Shown here: positions 63,013-64,000 of the stretch, one piece after another
How the letters are laid out: every line of letters starts with the position of its first letter
Position numbering within the stretch: the stretch's first letter is position 1
Assembly (NCBI GenBank): GCA_963729045.1
Contig: CAVSMN010000009.1
Span: 64,001-128,000, forward strand
DNA: 64,000 bases
Reading direction: 5' to 3'
Source: an uncultured Nitrososphaeraceae archaeon
GTDB lineage: Archaea; Thermoproteota; Nitrososphaeria; Nitrososphaerales; Nitrososphaeraceae
Position numbers and translations under genes: made by a program
The notes under the pieces: generated by a model
Told to the model about the DNA's origin: nothing
The model's database searches: none
The model's input: only the letters and a program-made list of their open reading frames with translations

Positions 63013-63614
63013 TTAGTCAGAAATTTTAACAGGTAAACACATCTTTAACCAATAGAATGTTTTGTCGTAGGGACCATTTTTTCCAGTCGGGAGTCTGAAT
63101 TCATATTTTTCTTTCATTGTATGAATGACAAGTACATTTTCATTTATAGCAGTGCCAAGCATATTAGAAATCAAAGTTCTGGTATCAGGGTAAAATACCA
63201 TTTTTTTTATATCCGGGTATTTGATAGAAACTTCGTTAGACGTGTCCGCTGCTCCTGCTCCCTGCTGTCTACTGAATCGTGTTCTTTAGAAATAAATGAA
63301 TCCTTTATCTTAATATCAGAGTATTCTATTTTTTCAGACAGAACATAATAAAGATACGGTCCAATTCCAGCAACAAAACCCGGATCTGTCAGTTTTCGTA
63401 ACACATTTTTTTTAACCATGATAATTCTAGTAGGGGTAAATGTAAGAAGATAATCAATCTTCATGGGTTTGCTTTTAATATAACCCGAAAGCCTCAACAC
63501 AATAGGTTCAATATTTTGAGCAAGCATTAAATCATAAAACTTCTTAATTTTTTGACTATCTGACATTTTTGAATCAGATTTGATTTTTTTCAGATTTATC
63601 TCAAGCTCGGACAC
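63013..63614 (-). CDS. Hypothetical protein (~200 aa, possibly PH-like fold); frameshift at ~63260
   Basis: ORFs 63207-63614 and 63013-63201 join through an open alternate frame (GAGAADTSNEVSIKYPDIKKMVFYP). Confidence 0.7.
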
Positions 63615-63785
63615 TACAGTAGTAAGATAAAAGATGTAAAATATTACTTTAATTGAATGATTTTAAAATAACAATTAGGTCAAGGCAGGAAAATTCAAGA
63701 ACAGATAGAACAAAAGAAAATGAAAAATTAATGGCGCTGCTGATCGGTTGGTGGGTTGGTTGGGTTAGTCTTGAATAAAACTAGA

Positions 63786-64000
63786 CTATCCTGCCCTAGA
63801 CCAGCCTATCCCTGCGGGTATGTTAGTGAATCCGAAAATAGCAATCATGTAAACCCATGCAGTGAATACAAATGGCCCCGTAAGTGCAGGTAATCCCCAC
63901 TGACCAAAGAACTTTTGGAGCGCAGGCATTACCACCACGGAACAGGTTACTGTGGCAAGGATCGCCAGTAAGAATGACTGTGGAGTAAGAGGCACAAAAC
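63786..64000 (-). CDS. Urea transporter (UT/Yut family), C-terminal part; truncated by the right edge
   Basis: The hydrophobic GLPALTGPFVFTAW segment matches the UT LPxxTxPF motif; it lies upstream of the urease genes. Confidence 0.8.
   Translation of the reverse strand, partial: FVPLTPQSFLLAILATVTCSVVVMPALQKFFGQWGLPALTGPFVFTAWVYMIAIFGFTNIPAGIGWSRAG

Overview
Low-GC archaeal chromosome segment. The gene content (urease cluster with UT urea transporter, cupredoxin, discoidin surface proteins, Ubl-E1 fusion, archaeal MCM/GINS/RFC, TiaS, QueC/QueE, DnaK/DnaJ/GrpE) points to an ammonia-oxidising archaeon of the Nitrososphaeraceae, probably Ca. Nitrosocosmicus-like (inference). It is mostly core genes, plus four tRNA genes. 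Three of them (Trp, initiator Met, Leu) each carry two BHB-type introns, four of the six at non-canonical positions. The most interesting items are: (1) a translationally coupled pair of SAM-methyltransferase paralogues that alternate between perfectly identical and strongly diverged blocks; (2) an extended urease cluster containing a divergent group II chaperonin, two unknown genes, a His-tailed Zn/Mn-type ABC importer and candidate operator sites; (3) a ThrC-like gene followed by a Ubl-E1 fusion; (4) repeat-expanded proteins; (5) a G11 tract frameshifting a zinc-ribbon gene. About ten genes are split by 1-nt indels, many at short homopolymers or repeats, which is more likely long-read assembly error than pseudogenisation. 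No CRISPR array, rRNA or intact mobile element was seen. All family calls come from motif recognition without database searches.
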